DNA of 64,000 bases from Laetmonice hystrix (lineage: Eukaryota): assembly GCA_965235115.1 (NCBI GenBank), contig OZ249440.1, positions 32,366,001 to 32,430,000 on the forward strand, written 5' to 3'. The position numbers and the translations under genes are program-made. Of the stretch, positions 1 to 12,503 are shown piece by piece; positions within the stretch are counted from its first letter, which is position 1, and each line of letters begins with the position of its first letter. The notes under the pieces were generated by a model that worked only from the letters and a program-made list of their open reading frames with translations, did not search any database and was not told the DNA's origin.

Positions 1-65
1 CAACCGTCTCTACGGAGAGTTTGAGCTGGGCGACCTGGGGTCGCCAGCCGCACTGAAAGGGTTAA
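1..65 (-). mobile_element. Terminus of a piggyBac-like element (continues beyond window start)
   Basis: Minus strand reads TTAA|CCCTTTCAGTGC (TTAA at 62-65). It interrupts the LINE RT at a site that is TTAA (6217-6220) in the uninterrupted sister copy. Confidence 0.6.
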
Positions 66-710
66 GACTAAAAAGGGTAACAGACAAAATGCTTCCCTGA
101 GGCACACCTAATTCTTGGTCATGCAAGTCAGAGAGGGTAGTGCCTACTCTGACTTGAAAGTGTCTGTTCGATAAAAACCGAGATATAAAAATGGGCAAAC
201 GCCCCCTAAAACCCATATCATGCAAATCTTTTAAAATTCCGTACTTCCATGTTGTGTCGTATGCCTTTTCTAGGTCAAAAAAGACGGCAACAACATGTTC
301 ACGGTTGATAAAAGCATCTCGGATGTATGTCTCGAGTCTAATGAGATGATCGAGAGTACTTCTCCCTCGCCGGAAGCCGCACTGAAACTCAGTGATGAGT
401 TGCTCAGACTCCAGCTTCCAGACGAGGCGATCATTAATCATTCTCTCCATGGTTTTACACAAGCAACTTGTTAGGGCTATTGGTCTGTAATTGTTAGCTT
501 CACTATGGTCTTTTCCTGGTTTTGGGATGGGAATGATTATTGCTTCTTGCCAGGAAAGTGGAATATTACCAGTTATCCAAATATCGTTGAAAATGTGGAG
601 AAGGATGAGAAGTGTCGTGTCGGGTAAATGTTTGAGGAATTGGTAATGTATTTTATCAGGTCCAACTGCAGTGTCGTGTGATTTTTTAAGAGAGCATCTT
701 AGTTCTTCAA
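62..710 (-). pseudogene. I-group (I/Nimb-like) LINE reverse transcriptase fragment
   Basis: Motifs GPDKI, YRPIALTS, QCGFRRGRST, FFDLEKAYD, GVPQGSILS. Near-identical inverted copy of 5572-6220. Confidence 0.93.
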
Positions 711-867
711 CTAAGCCAAGGTAGGCTACTAACAGTATACAATAGACTACCCGCCCCCTATTAGTATTACTATTATAACTTGCAGACACAGTGCAGAGAA
801 CTGCGCGAGTCTATCAATTTTGCCTGTTACAGTATAGCCGGCTACAGTTGAGTTAGTGGTACTGTGT

Positions 868-1338
868 CAGACATGGTGAAATCTTCTGAGGTTTCACCGG
901 ACAAATGTCCGGTGAATTTCTAAAATTCACCGGACATTGGGGCAATTTAACGGACATTTACCAGACAATAACGTCAAAACTAAAGCATCTGGACATGCCC
1001 TCTTTTGGGGCTGTGGTCCAGTATGTTTGTTCTTTTTGTGGCCTGGCCTTCCCGGGCTTGGCCCCCGTTAGATTATGATAACATCATGATCTTTGACCGT
1101 GACAGATAACACCTCCGGGAAACACCAGTATTATGGGGACTTGTTTATCTTGCTTTGCTAACTGGTGATAGAACTTGTCAATTCATTGTGAAATCAGAGA
1201 AAAATTAGGGATTTTTACCACAAAGTTAGGGTACTAGATTGAAATACTGGACATTTTGTCCTGTGTTTTGCCAACATTTACCGGACATTGCGATTTTTTT
1301 CGTCATTGTCCGAAGTCCGGTGAATTTCAGCATGTCTG
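868..1338. mobile_element. MITE with CAG termini and 6-bp TSD (hAT-like)
   Basis: TIR CAGACATG(G/C)TGAAAT at both ends; CTGTGT duplicated at 862-867 and 1339-1344; subterminal CCGGACA repeats. Confidence 0.85.
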
Positions 1339-1722
1339 CTGTGTAGTGTTAGCGAGTTTAGGCCTAGCAGTTACACAACCCCTGGCTTAGCCTAGGTCTA
1401 GGGCATAGCCTGGCCCTGGCCTAGGCCCCCCTAATCCCTATGATCTATGGCCGTATGGGCCTGGCCCTAATTTAGACTATACAATACTAGTACTACTACT
1501 AGTACTACTAGTATAGGCTATAGTCTACTAAGTACTATAAAATTATAGCCTACACCAAAGCGGCTGCATAGCTTAGTCAGAGTAAGCTTAGCTCTAACTA
1601 GTGTAATTTAAATCTGACAAAATAGGTGTGGGATTGACCATTTTTTTAGCCGCCCTAGGCCTAGCCAGCTAGGGCGCTCTTATTATCGAGGCCATATCTA
1701 AGTAATCATGCAAAATACATAC

Positions 1723-1795
1723 CTTTCTGCATCACTCGGAAACCTATGGAATGTTAGGTCGGAGTTGCCGGTGTAGTTATTGCAGTTAGGGCCTA
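1723..1795 (-). pseudogene. THAP zinc-finger N-terminal exon remnant (DNA-transposon associated)
   Basis: GPNCNNYTGNSDLTFHRFPSDAER matches the THAP C..N...FHRFP.D..R pattern and ends at a GTATGT donor; the first Cys is missing. Confidence 0.55.
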
Positions 1796-1991
1796 TATGC
1801 TCCCTCACCTCGCAATAACACAATAACACCTCGCCCAGACTTCCACTTCCTAGGCAAAGACGACATGCCGTCCATGATGGCACGAGCATGACGTGACAAA
1901 ACGTCCTTGTGAGTAAACACATTTCCCATGACGCTTTGCGGCTTCAAATGCGAACCGGAAGTTGCGTCACTTTCCCATCTTGTTAGTGCGT

Positions 1992-2530
1992 GATCTTCGA
2001 TATGTGGGAGCGGATGACTATCATCGACAGTGATGGCATTCAATTTCCGATAATCAATGCAAAACCTAATAGAACCGTCTTTCTTTGGGACAAGAGTAAT
2101 GGGCGAAGCCCAAGGGGAAGCCGAAGGTCGAATGACTCCCTGTTGTAACATGCTGTCAATTTCTTTCTCCACCACCTCTTTTTTGCAGAGGGGCAGCCGA
2201 TATGGTTGCTGCCGAACTGGTGAAGAAGTTCCGGTATTGATAGTCGTCTCTACTCCAATTTTGGTTCTCGCATAGGCTTGTTGACTTATTAGTATCGAGC
2301 AGCGCCCGTATCCACGAGAGTGGATAGAAAACATCCACCCACTGCTAACCGGATCAGGATACGCTCCCCGGCTGCAGTGGCGGCGAGTTTTTTGGTTTTT
2401 GTGCATCCCCGTACTGAGGTCAATCGCGCCCGATGTGTCTGCGTTTCCCACAGCGGAAACAGTTACGGGTCCCGTCCTCATTTATCGTTTTTGGACGACT
2501 GGCGTGACACTGTCGGCGTGTTTCACGTGA
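1992..2530 (-). mobile_element. Internally deleted Ty3/gypsy gag-pol fragment
   Basis: Zinc knuckle CFRCGKRRHIGRD*, protease LVDTGAAR (~2295-2318), RT N-terminus RQQPYRLP...SPWASPITLVPKKDGSIRFCIDYRKLN...HPLPHIED. Confidence 0.9.
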
Positions 2531-3009
2531 GGTAACACCCTCTATGAAGGCCCCCGTGGGGACCGGGGTAAGAATGTTCCCCAGCCCCCCCCGGCTGTTC
2601 GTAAGAGGCGAATAAATGGGGCGACTTGTTTGCCGTGAGTCGCGACCCGTGTCGGTGGAAGAAGAGGTCCTGGTACCTGAGGACGGTGAATTGCTGCGGC
2701 TTTTCACAGGTCCAACACGGTGCTTTGGCTCCTACTTCACCTAGACAGGAAGTTGGAGAGGCCCTAGGATTTTTTGTAGTGATTGCCCTTTACAGTGGAT
2801 TTAATTCTCTTATACAATAGGCAACATCTATCGTAACTATTTCTTCTTTATTCCTAGAAGGCGGTGGCTTAGGGTCAATCAAGTAATGGCAACACCCTCT
2901 TTCGTTCCATTGCTTAAGTATACCAACCCTATATCCTTGGTTTGCAACTGCTGGTTACCGCAGCTCTGCACTTCCCCTTGTTGGGCTCCGTGGAGGGTGG
3001 GGAATAGGG

Positions 3010-4293
3010 TTGGTGAAACAATCTAACACAAACAAGGCATCAAACAATCCCCCAAAAAGAAAACTACTGAAACTAACCGAGTCTGACTCGGACCGGTCTA
3101 TGGAGAATCAACACTTGACGGAATGGCCTCGTTTCATCATTGTTGAATCGGCAGAAGCTGAACGACGAATATCTAAGCTATCCCCTTTTGCCATACATAA
3201 AGGCATATTGGGGATAGCTGGAACAGTCAAAGATTGTAAACGTTTGAGGTCTGGCCAACTGTTGGTGGAGTGTGCCACGAAGGCCCAATCTGCAAACCTG
3301 CTGAGTGCCACAGTACTCGCAGGTTACAGTATTAAGGCCTCTCGTCACTGGACGCTCAACTCCAGCAAGGGTGTTATGAGAACAAACTCTCTTGACACCA
3401 CAACTGAACAGGAGATCCTTGCTGGGTTGAGCTGGCAAGGTGTGTCGGAAGTCAGAAGATTGATAGTGAAACGAGATGGTAACACCATCAAGACACACAC
3501 ATATTTTCTGACGTTCGACAGGCCCACTCTACCAGATGAACTCGAGATTGGCTTTCTAAAGGTAAAAGTCAATCCCTATATCCCAAATCCTCTGCGTTGC
3601 TATAAGTGCCAGAGGTTTGGTCATGGGACCGACTCGTGTAGACAAAAATGTTCTCAGTGCGCTGAAACAGGACATGACCATACAAGCTGTCAAAAGCCTG
3701 CTAAATGTGCCAACTGCGGGCAAGGTCATTCCACTGTTTCACTCGACTGCTCCGTGTGGAAAAAGGAGAAATCCTAAAGGTTAAAACAGAGAGAAAACTT
3801 AGTTTCCCTGAGGCACGCAAATTGGTGGAGCAATATCTGCTTCCACCAACAGTTAAAACCTATGCTGCCGCTGTTAAGCCTACCACACGGACTTTCGCTT
3901 GTCAAACGGAGATGGTGTGGGTCAAGGGGGATAAACCTGTGACCTACCCTGATCCCACTGACAGCACAAACGAACCACCCAAGAAGGCCGTCTCGAGTAA
4001 GCCACCTAAAAAAGCCGCCTCAACACAGAGCCAAACAACCTCGGTTCCTCCTCCACAGGCCGGGCCGAGTACCAAAGAACCATCTCCGAAAAATGATCAA
4101 CCAAGTACCAAAGAGCCATCTGCCCAAAAAGATCAACCAAGCCCAAGGCAGCCTCCAACAATAGTGCAATAGCACTTACAAACAAATTTCAGCATCTTCA
4201 AGATGTTGAAATGGCTGAAGCTACGACTTGTCGTAGTCGCAGCCTTTCCCCCAAAATAAAATCAAGGGGGCGTTTGCCTGTTAAACCACCTTG
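3010..4293 (+). pseudogene. LINE ORF1 (gag-like nucleic-acid-binding protein), frameshifted
   Basis: LSPFAI, KRLRSGQLLVE, PYIPNPLRC, then three CCHC knuckles (CYKCQRFGHGTDSC, CSQCAETGHDHTSC, CANCGQGHSTVSLDC). Frameshift near 3770 into KLSFPEARK. Confidence 0.9.
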
Positions 4294-6397
4294 ATGGCAG
4301 GTAAATGCTTCCTTCAATGGAATTGTCGAGGTTTTAGAGCCAATTTTAATGAGCTCAGACTTTTAGCAGAAAACCTGAATCCTCTTGCCTTTTGCCTACA
4401 AGAAACATTTCTTACTGCCCGAGACAAGGTCTCATGTAAGGGCTATCAGACTTTCTTTGGTTTTGCACCAGATGGTGACCGTGCTGCTGGCGGCACTGCC
4501 ATTCTGGTTCGACAAGACCTCACCCATAGCCCTATTACATTAAACACACCATTACAAGCAATAGCCATACGCCTAACTCTACATAAAGCCATCACTATCT
4601 GCTCCATATACATTCCCCCAAACAGTAACTTGGCCCACCAGGATCTTGATGATTTAGTGGGTCAACTACCATCCCCATATCTCCTTTTGGGAGACTTTAA
4701 CGGCCACAATCCGTTATGGGGTGGCACCACAACTGATGGCAAGGGCAAGAGGATTGAAGAGTTCATTGATAATCATGCTCTATGCATTTTTAATGATGGT
4801 TCAAACACATACCTACATCCTGGTCATGGCACCTATACAGCCATTGACCTTGCAATAGCTGAACCAGATCTGCTGCTGGATTTCTCTTGGAGGGTCTGGG
4901 ATGACCTTTGCGGGAGTGACCACTTTCCCACCATTCTTACCTATGAAGGACCCAACATTGGGGAAAAACAACAAAGGTGGCAACTTAAGAAAGCTGACTG
5001 GCACTCCTTCCAGACCCTCTGTCGGGAGGAATTCAGAGCAGACACCATTAACGATCCTGAGGCAATGGATGATTTTACCTCGCTTTTAATCTCCATTGCA
5101 GACAGGACAGTTCCTAAAACCTCGACAATTCCTAAACATGTCTCAAATCCATGGTTTAATGATGAATGCAAGCAGGCAATTAAAGACCGGAAGAAAGCAG
5201 AACGCCTTTTTAACAGGCGCCCAACTGCAGTGAACCTCACTAATTTTAAGGTCATGAGAGCACGGGCACGCCGTATCTGTAAAGAGAGACGGAGGCAGAG
5301 CTGGAGAGACTATGTCTCCAGCCTGACCTCTCGTACATGATACGGAAACTTAAAGGCAAGGGAGGTGGTACTGGTGTTAAACACTTAAAACATCAAAACA
5401 CCTTATTAACCACCACAGATATAATAGCAAACAAACTAGCCGAAACATTTCAAACAAACTCCTCCTCCAGGAACTGCCTCCCTCAATTCCAAGCCAATCG
5501 TGCTCGAAAAGAGAAACAAAAACTAAATTTCCACTCTGACAACACAGAAGAGTAGAACCAACTCTTCTCCATTGAAGAACTAAGATGTTCTCTTAAAAAA
5601 TCGCACGACACTGCAGTTGGACCTGAGAAAATACATTACCAATTCTTAAAACATCTACCTGACACCGCCCTTCTCATTCTTCTTCACATCTTCAACAATA
5701 TTTGGATATCTGTTAATATACCCCTTTCCTGGCAAGAAGCAATAATCATCCCCATCCCAAAACCAGGAAAAGACCATAGTGAAGCTAACAATTATAGACC
5801 AATAGCCTTAACAAGTTGCTTGTGCAAAACCATGGAGAGAATGACTAATGATCGCCTCGTCTGGAAGCTGGAGTCTGAACAGCTAATAACCGAGTTTCAG
5901 TATGGCTTTCGGCGAGGGAGAAGTACTCTCGATCATGTAATCAGACTCGAGACATACATCCGAGATGCTTTTATCAACCGTGAACATGTTGTTGCCGTCT
6001 TTTTCTACCTTGAAAAGGCATACGACACAACATGGAAGTACGGCATTTTAACAGATTTACATGATATGGGTTTTAGGGGGCGTTTACCCCTTTTCATATC
6101 TCAGTTTTTATCCAACAGACATTTTCAAGTCAGAGTAGGCACGACCCTGTCTGACTTGCACGACCAAGAATTAGGTGTGCCTCAGGGAAGCATTTTCCCC
6201 GTTACCCTTTTTAGTATTAAGATCAACAGCATTGTTAACTCGGTTAAAACTGGCATGCCCTGCAGCCTGTTCGTCGATGACTTTGACGTCTGCTGCAGAG
6301 GCAAAAACATGAATGCCATTGAGAGGCAGCTCCAACTCTGTTTCAACAGAATCCACACTTGGTCGGTGGAAAATGGTTTTAAATTTTCAAAATCTAA
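4294..6397 (+). pseudogene. LINE ORF2 (APE endonuclease + reverse transcriptase), disrupted
   Basis: APE motifs QWNCRG, LQET, SIYIPP, GDFNGH, IDL, SDHFP; RT motifs GVPQGS and LFVDD. Frameshift near 5337 and stop at 5553-5555. Confidence 0.94.
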
Positions 6398-6524
6398 AAG
6401 GGGCTGCCAGCCCACGCCACACCGAACGGGTTCCCAGTGCCTAAAGCTGCTGTCACCCCACCCCCCCCCCCCCGCCCCGTCAAAGACGTATTATAATTTT
6501 TTGTAAATTAACTGCTTTGATTTG

Positions 6525-6682
6525 CAGTGACGTACCGGGGGGGGGGGGGGGGGTGCTTGGGCACCCCTCAATTTGCCCAATTTTTTTTTGTGTGCCCACA
6601 GTCCCCACGATCCAAATTTGCAGCACCTACAATGTTGGTTATTCCCAGCACCCCCTGGGTCCAGTTTCTGGGTACGCCACTG
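6525..6682. mobile_element. Short MITE with CAGTG(A/G)CGTACC TIRs
   Basis: CAGTGACGTACC at the start and GGTACGCCACTG at the end; no clean TSD. Confidence 0.65.
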
Positions 6683-7579
6683 ATTGGACTTGATTCAACA
6701 GAGTAAAGAATCTTTTAACTTAATTTAAGGCTTAGCATGAAAGTCAAACCGTCACAATCCCTTAAAATAAAATAAGTCCAATCGTCACAATTCCTAAAAA
6801 TCAAAGGCGGATCCAGAGGGGGCACAGGGGGCACGTGCCCCCCCTTTAGCTTCACTAATTATAGCCCTACACGGCCATAGCCTACTCATTTTTAATTAAT
6901 TTTAACACTGACGGTGTGTCTCAGGGAACCCCTGAGCTATTATGTAGGCCTATACCTCTAAAACTCTCAATCCGCCAGTGCTTAAAATGAAAGAAGTCAA
7001 ATCGTCACCCCATCCACCTCCACGCCATTCTTTACTTGAGGAGCGAGCATCATATTTTGCCTGTGGTCCCCAGGAGCCATGCCCATGGACAATTTGGGGG
7101 GGGGGGGGGGGTGCACTTCTCGGCGAGGGAGAGAGAGCCTTAGAAGACTCTTGGGCATTACAAGGATGGAAAGGATTTTTAATACACAAGAAAAGTGGAC
7201 AAATTATTTCAGCATAGGGGAGAGGGGGGTTAGTTGAGCCACAGGGTTAGATGAGCGACCCCCTCCCACCGTGCCCCCTAGTGAGATATCAGATATTTAG
7301 CGCCATCTGGCGACTGTAAATTTAATCTCCTAGACACCGATGATGCTGGCGAGTTTCAACTCCAAGTGTGGATGAAGACATTGCAAGAAAGAGATTTTTT
7401 CGCCTCTCCTGTAACATTCACTGAACAAGGTATGTGCATTTATAGCACATTTAGTTGAAAAGGTAGAACTGTTTCTGAAACCGGTATGATTAATATTATA
7501 TCTTGCCTCTCTTCTTCAAAAGTATGCTTCACGTGTCTGATGTAACTAGGGTGGAATTTAGGTGTAACAACAAATGGCG

Positions 7580-7900
7580 GGGATGGGGTAAGTTGTGCCA
7601 GAGAAAGTGGGGCTAGTTGATCCATGGGTCAACTTACCCCATGTCCAATTTATTTAATTCATTTATCTATTTCAGACGATGCCACGTTTATATATAAAGA
7701 AGTCAACCAGGGGTGGCACCCCAGCTGATGTTATGCAGTAGTTGTGAGGAAGAAATGGACATGGGTCTAGTCGATGATTCTGAAGATGAGGAGGAGTTAG
7801 AAGAGATCATTGAAGGGGATTTTGTGATAGTTCAGGTGTCAGGAAAACCTAGTGTTGCTCAATACAATTAGTTGGAAGGAGTCTTTCTTAAGAGAATTTC
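7580..7900 (+). mobile_element. pogo-like transposon remnant
   Basis: GGGGTAAGTTG/CAACTTACCCC subterminal motifs; acceptor followed by MPRLYIKKSTRGGTPADVM (HTH-psq-like start, ATG 7679) joined to an acidic C-terminal EGDFVIV segment. Confidence 0.4.
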
Positions 7901-7939
7901 GAGTCGGGTTGACGTTGCATCCCCGAGATTTGTCCTAAG

Positions 7940-9135
7940 CTCAAACATCGAGACGTCACAGACAACATCAGATAAAGACAACGAGGAAAGACACCAGTGA
8001 CGACGACAGTACCTCGGATACACCAGAGGAAGAGAGTGAGCCCATCGAATACGGCAACAGGAGTCCTTCACCTTCACCTGAGAGGAAAAAACGTTCGAGG
8101 AGACGTCGGATTGGCGGAGCATCCACCAACAGGAAACGCAGGAGGGCCGAAGACACAGATGACTCTGAAGATGGAGTATCTTCTGGTGATGATAGGGGCC
8201 GACCAAAAAGACGGACGAGGGGTAAGTTACCCATCTTCATGTCATCCTTGGAGTCAGAATCGGAGTCTGACACGGGTTTGGCCGAACGCCTGTCTACATC
8301 AGTCGGTAGTACTGTAGGCGCGACAGTCACGAGCAAACTCTGACGGAGAATACTCTCAGATACGTTTGTGGAGATGGCTGACCTCCTTCCTGAGTATGGC
8401 GTTTCTACTGAGCCAGAATATGTAATGAAGTTGGATAAGGACAACACTGCCACGTGGGTCAAGAAGCGCAAGACTAAGACTTCAATCAGTTTTGCGCAAT
8501 GGCAAGATGCTTTTGACATTTACATGTCGATATATATTGAGAAAGCAAAGAACTTGAATGAGTCAACCAAGCTGATGAAGGAATTACTTACCTATAGGAA
8601 GGAGATATCGACATTAAGGAGACTTAACTACAACTGGGCATCGTATAACCGCCACTTCAGGTTGGACAGACAGGGTCAACCATGTGCTTGGGCTACAACC
8701 AGACACGATTTGATACTTCAATATCAACAGCCGACAATTTCAAAAGATGACTCCTTTCGATATCTGCCGCCACAGCAGTCTGCACGCCGGGCCCTCCGGA
8801 CCAAGGATGGTACCAGTGTACCATACGGCTTCTGTCTTGCATTCCACTCCAGAGTGGGACGGTGTCCAGAAGGAATGCGATGCCGCTTTCGACATTCCTG
8901 CCCGAGATGTAATGGCAGACACCCGGTGTACAGAGCATGCCAGTCTCAACAGCAGAACGACGTCACAGGAGTCACCAAACAGAACAGGTCTACCGGTAAT
9001 GAGCCAGCCAACAACACTGGATCCGGTAGGAATTACAAATAAAACGGTTTCCTTACCAAGCAGGACATTCTGCTTAAATATCTAGTAGAGATCGGATATG
9101 ACAGAGAACTAACCTCAATGCTTTGCACCACTCAA
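7940..9135 (+). mobile_element. Tyrosine-recombinase retrotransposon (Ngaro/DIRS) gag ORF, 3' truncated
   Basis: FVEMADLL, SFAQWQDAFDIY, WASYNRHFR and the C-terminal zinc finger CLAFH...C....CRFRHSCPRCNGRHPVYRAC, typical of YR-element ORF1. Confidence 0.75.
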
Positions 9136-9529
9136 GTCAATTCACGCTGGGCGGTATTTTTGTTTGGCGGCCGACTTCGACCTTATAAGCAAGAGTGTTC
9201 CCATCTATATGACTGAATATGCCTGTGAAGCATAAATGAAGGTTTATAAAGCAATCAGAGAAAGTTAGGAGGGGAAATGTACAGAAATTCCCGAGAAGCT
9301 GTGTAAGGAATGCAGGCCCTTCGGAAACATCAGAAAGCACCCGAGCTGTAGTGACCCTGGCCCGGCGACGCTCTGCGAAGAGGTCCGTTATCGCAACTTT
9401 GCGGCCTTCATTTTAATACTTAACTTCTTCCACTGAGAATGAAATCGATATTTCCAGAGAGCAACGGTTATTAAATTTCTATTCCGACCTTGATTATGAT
9501 TATTAGACATATATAACGTCCACACGGTC

Positions 9530-10770
9530 CGGTAGCCACCGCGGCGGGAGGCCCCCGCAAGGCACCTAACGGTCAGCTTGTGTGTTATGATTGCGGTCGG
9601 CCGGGTCATATTGCACGTGAGTGCCGGGCTCGCCGGTCGGGAAACGCCAATTAGCCACGCTGGTCAAGCATCAGTGACTACGTCATCCCGCGGGCACACG
9701 AACGCGCACCGCTGGATGCTAGGTGGGACACCCCCCGGGAGGTCACGCGCATTAGGGGAGCTGTGGTGTGGTGCCGGCCAAAGGACGGAGGACCAGTGCG
9801 GTCCTACAACAGCACTTACGACGGGTTGAGCGGGAGCTACCGTGGGATATCATTCAACCACGGGTCAGTAGGGCATCGAGGGCACCAGTATGACACGGAG
9901 CGCCGAGGTGGCTCACACAGCCGCCTGACCAAGTGAGCCGACCGGCTTCTCTGACCGCCCAGTCAACCCGGATGCCCTGCATTCCCCCCGCCCCAGCAAC
10001 CACTCAGTTGGTTCCGGCTGACGACAGCCAAATGGACACGGCCGACCCGGAGGTCGGCCGTGGTATGAAGAGACCCACGGGAGAGGGACCTGTCATTCGA
10101 CTACAGGCTAAGCGCGCACGACAATCATGCAGCTACCTCTCTACGTTCTGGTGGCCTGCGCCATAGCCAATGGCGCATCAGTCAACCGCACCGCTATTCC
10201 TAACGGGGTAACCGTGGAAAAGCTGGCGGACGTCTGGCCCCTGTCTGCGAAGTGGAATGTGTTCATTACGATCGGGCCGTCACCTCCCAAGTTGTATAAT
10301 GGTGGTATCGATACCGTTGTCATGGTGAGTTGACACCGGCACGTACCCAGCGTCTTCCGTCCGTGTTGGCCTCCACGGCGGACCCCCAGCTGGGCGAGCG
10401 GTGTCACTAGGAGCCGCGGGATCTGGACACTGACCGACCGGTGACATGATGTCATCTTGTGGGTCCGTGTCGGTGACCGCAGCCACCGGGTCCACTGCTG
10501 GCAGAGCGGAGGGGGTGGAGTTCCGGGCCGGGATGCTGACACGGACGGCCTTTCGTATATATAGGGGCACCGAATATTCACTACTTCACTTATTGACGAC
10601 TTCACTCATTGACTCCACTCCTACTCTAGGACTTAGTCACTTAGTAATCAGCGGTTTCTCAGTCTTGTCAGTTAGCATGAGGTTCAGCCTCTAGGCTAGT
10701 AGAGTATCCCGCGATACTCTATATCATGTATCATGTCGTCTGAGAATACAATTATCATCACCGCCACTCC
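9530..10770 (+). mobile_element. Heavily deleted env-type gypsy remnant
   Basis: Knuckle VCYDCGRPGHIAREC (~9576-9625); pol end QAKRARQSCSYLSTFW and env start MQLPLYVLVACAIANGASVNRTAIPNGVTVEKLAD (10127), both homologous to 41830-42005. Boundaries approximate. Confidence 0.75.
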
Positions 10771-10773
10771 AGG

Positions 10774-11668
10774 GTGGGTCCACAACAATATGTTGACAGT
10801 ACTCATCCTGAGGAAATCACGAGACGAAAGGTTCTCTGTGATAACGACCTAAAACAGACTGCTTCTGCGATGCTTTCACTTGCCTACTTGTTGCCATATA
10901 TGATTGGCCAGCAAGTACCTGAGGATAATGAAAAGTGGCACAATTTCTTGATTCTCATTCAAATTGTGCTACTGTGCACGAGTCCCTCGTGCACCCCAGA
11001 TACAGTGGTGCATTTGGAGCAGCTCATCTACACACACAATGTTGCTTTTCAAACCTTGTATCCCAGAGCCTCGTTTCGCCCCAAATTGCACTACCTGGTT
11101 CATATCCCTTCTCAGATAACACAACTTTTTTAAGAGCAGGAAGTGGAGAAATTTTAAGAACATTACGTACAGCATGTGCAGAGTGCATCAATTATACATG
11201 TGTGCAAAACAGCACAGTGCTGTTACAAGAAACTTCAAGAACCCAAATTTCATCTACGCGGGGGACTCAGTAAAAGAAGGTGAAGAGCTTGATCTCAGGA
11301 CCTGCTATCCAGAACACCAGCATCACTGGGATCTTGATGTAGTCTACTCTACACCAGAAGTCGCCATTCATGGACATGTCTATCGGCCTGGTTGTGTACT
11401 TGTGGTTGGTCATAGTGAACCAGATCAGGTTCCTTGCTTTGTTAAAGTCAAGACCATAATTGTTGTGGATGGTGACAAGAAATTTATTTCTGAAAGGCTG
11501 TCTACTGACTGCTTTGAAAAGCATGTCAATGCGTATGTGATTTCGGGAACTGGTGTACTGGAAATCCTGTCTTTTTTTGACTTGCATTCTAAGTGGGCTT
11601 TGCCGATCTACCAGTATAATGGTCAGGAGACCGTTGTGAATCGGTACTCCCACATTACGGAATTCTAG
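10774..11668 (+). pseudogene. EnSpm/CACTA transposase C-terminal fragment
   Basis: QTASAMLSL..LLPYMIG..VP, PKLHYLVHIP, then NFFK...NFKNITYSM..HQ. The intervening GP..W.MRFE block is deleted. Confidence 0.72.
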
Positions 11669-12374
11669 TGAAACTCTCCAGCAGGATCATCAGCACTTAC
11701 TTCTTTCACCATGATGATTAGTATGAGCATTATAGTGCTCTGGTGGGTGGGTGGGTGGGTGGGTGGGAGGGAGGGAGGGAGCTGAAAACTTAGCTCTAAT
11801 CTGCTCTGATCTTTTACAGGTGCTGAGAAGCTTCAGATGGATAGCACACGTGACAGACTAACTGTAGTACTTGAAAGTGACGGAACTCCGATTGATGAAG
11901 ATGAAGTTCTCAACCTTATGCATAAAGAGACACTGATGTTATTAGAAACCCCAGAAGATTGGTCACCAGGTGGTTCTGAGTCCTCGCCACCAAATCAAGA
12001 TCTCAACACTGTCTTGGCTTCCTCTGCTTCAGTGCAGACATCAACTCCATTGACTACAGTATCTGAACCAACACCAAGCACTTACTGGTGCGCCACTGTC
12101 TGATACATCCAGTTCCGCCCCAGAACATGCTGCTGGTGAGTTTAACTGTTACAATCTATTTTAAGTCGTTCATTATAAAACTGCTTAGTGTCGGCTCATA
12201 ACTAGGCTCCAGATTCATTTTGAAAAGTGTTTTTGACATTTATGGGATCAGTACTGACCAAAGATGTTTTGGTTTAACTTTGTCTTTAAAAAGAAGAAAA
12301 CAAAACATAGGAGATATAGCATTAGTGCTCAACAAAAAATAATAGAAAATTGTCAGAATTTTACTATTTGCCAC

Positions 12375-12503
12375 AGCTCGGTGGTTTCCTCTGGTACTCC
12401 GGTTTCCTCCACCAGAAAATTGATTTCATCATCATCATCATTTCACCGCCTCAATATGACCCTGGCTGTTGCTGAGGCGTTAAGCCCGAATAAAATCAAA
12501 CCA
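12375..12503 (+). mobile_element. 5'-truncated tRNA-SINE (same family as 14974-15238)
   Basis: GGTGGTTTCCTCTGGTACTCCGGTTTCCTCCACC core and ATATGACCCTGGCTGTTGC..GGCGT tail. Confidence 0.8.

Larger units (their letters stand above)
2549..6397 (+). mobile_element. I-group (I/Nimb-like) LINE, 5' end apparently present, 3' truncated
   Basis: Structured 5' head, ~0.5 kb 5'UTR, gag-like ORF1 and APE-RT ORF2. Homology stops at GFKFSKSK. Confidence 0.88.
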
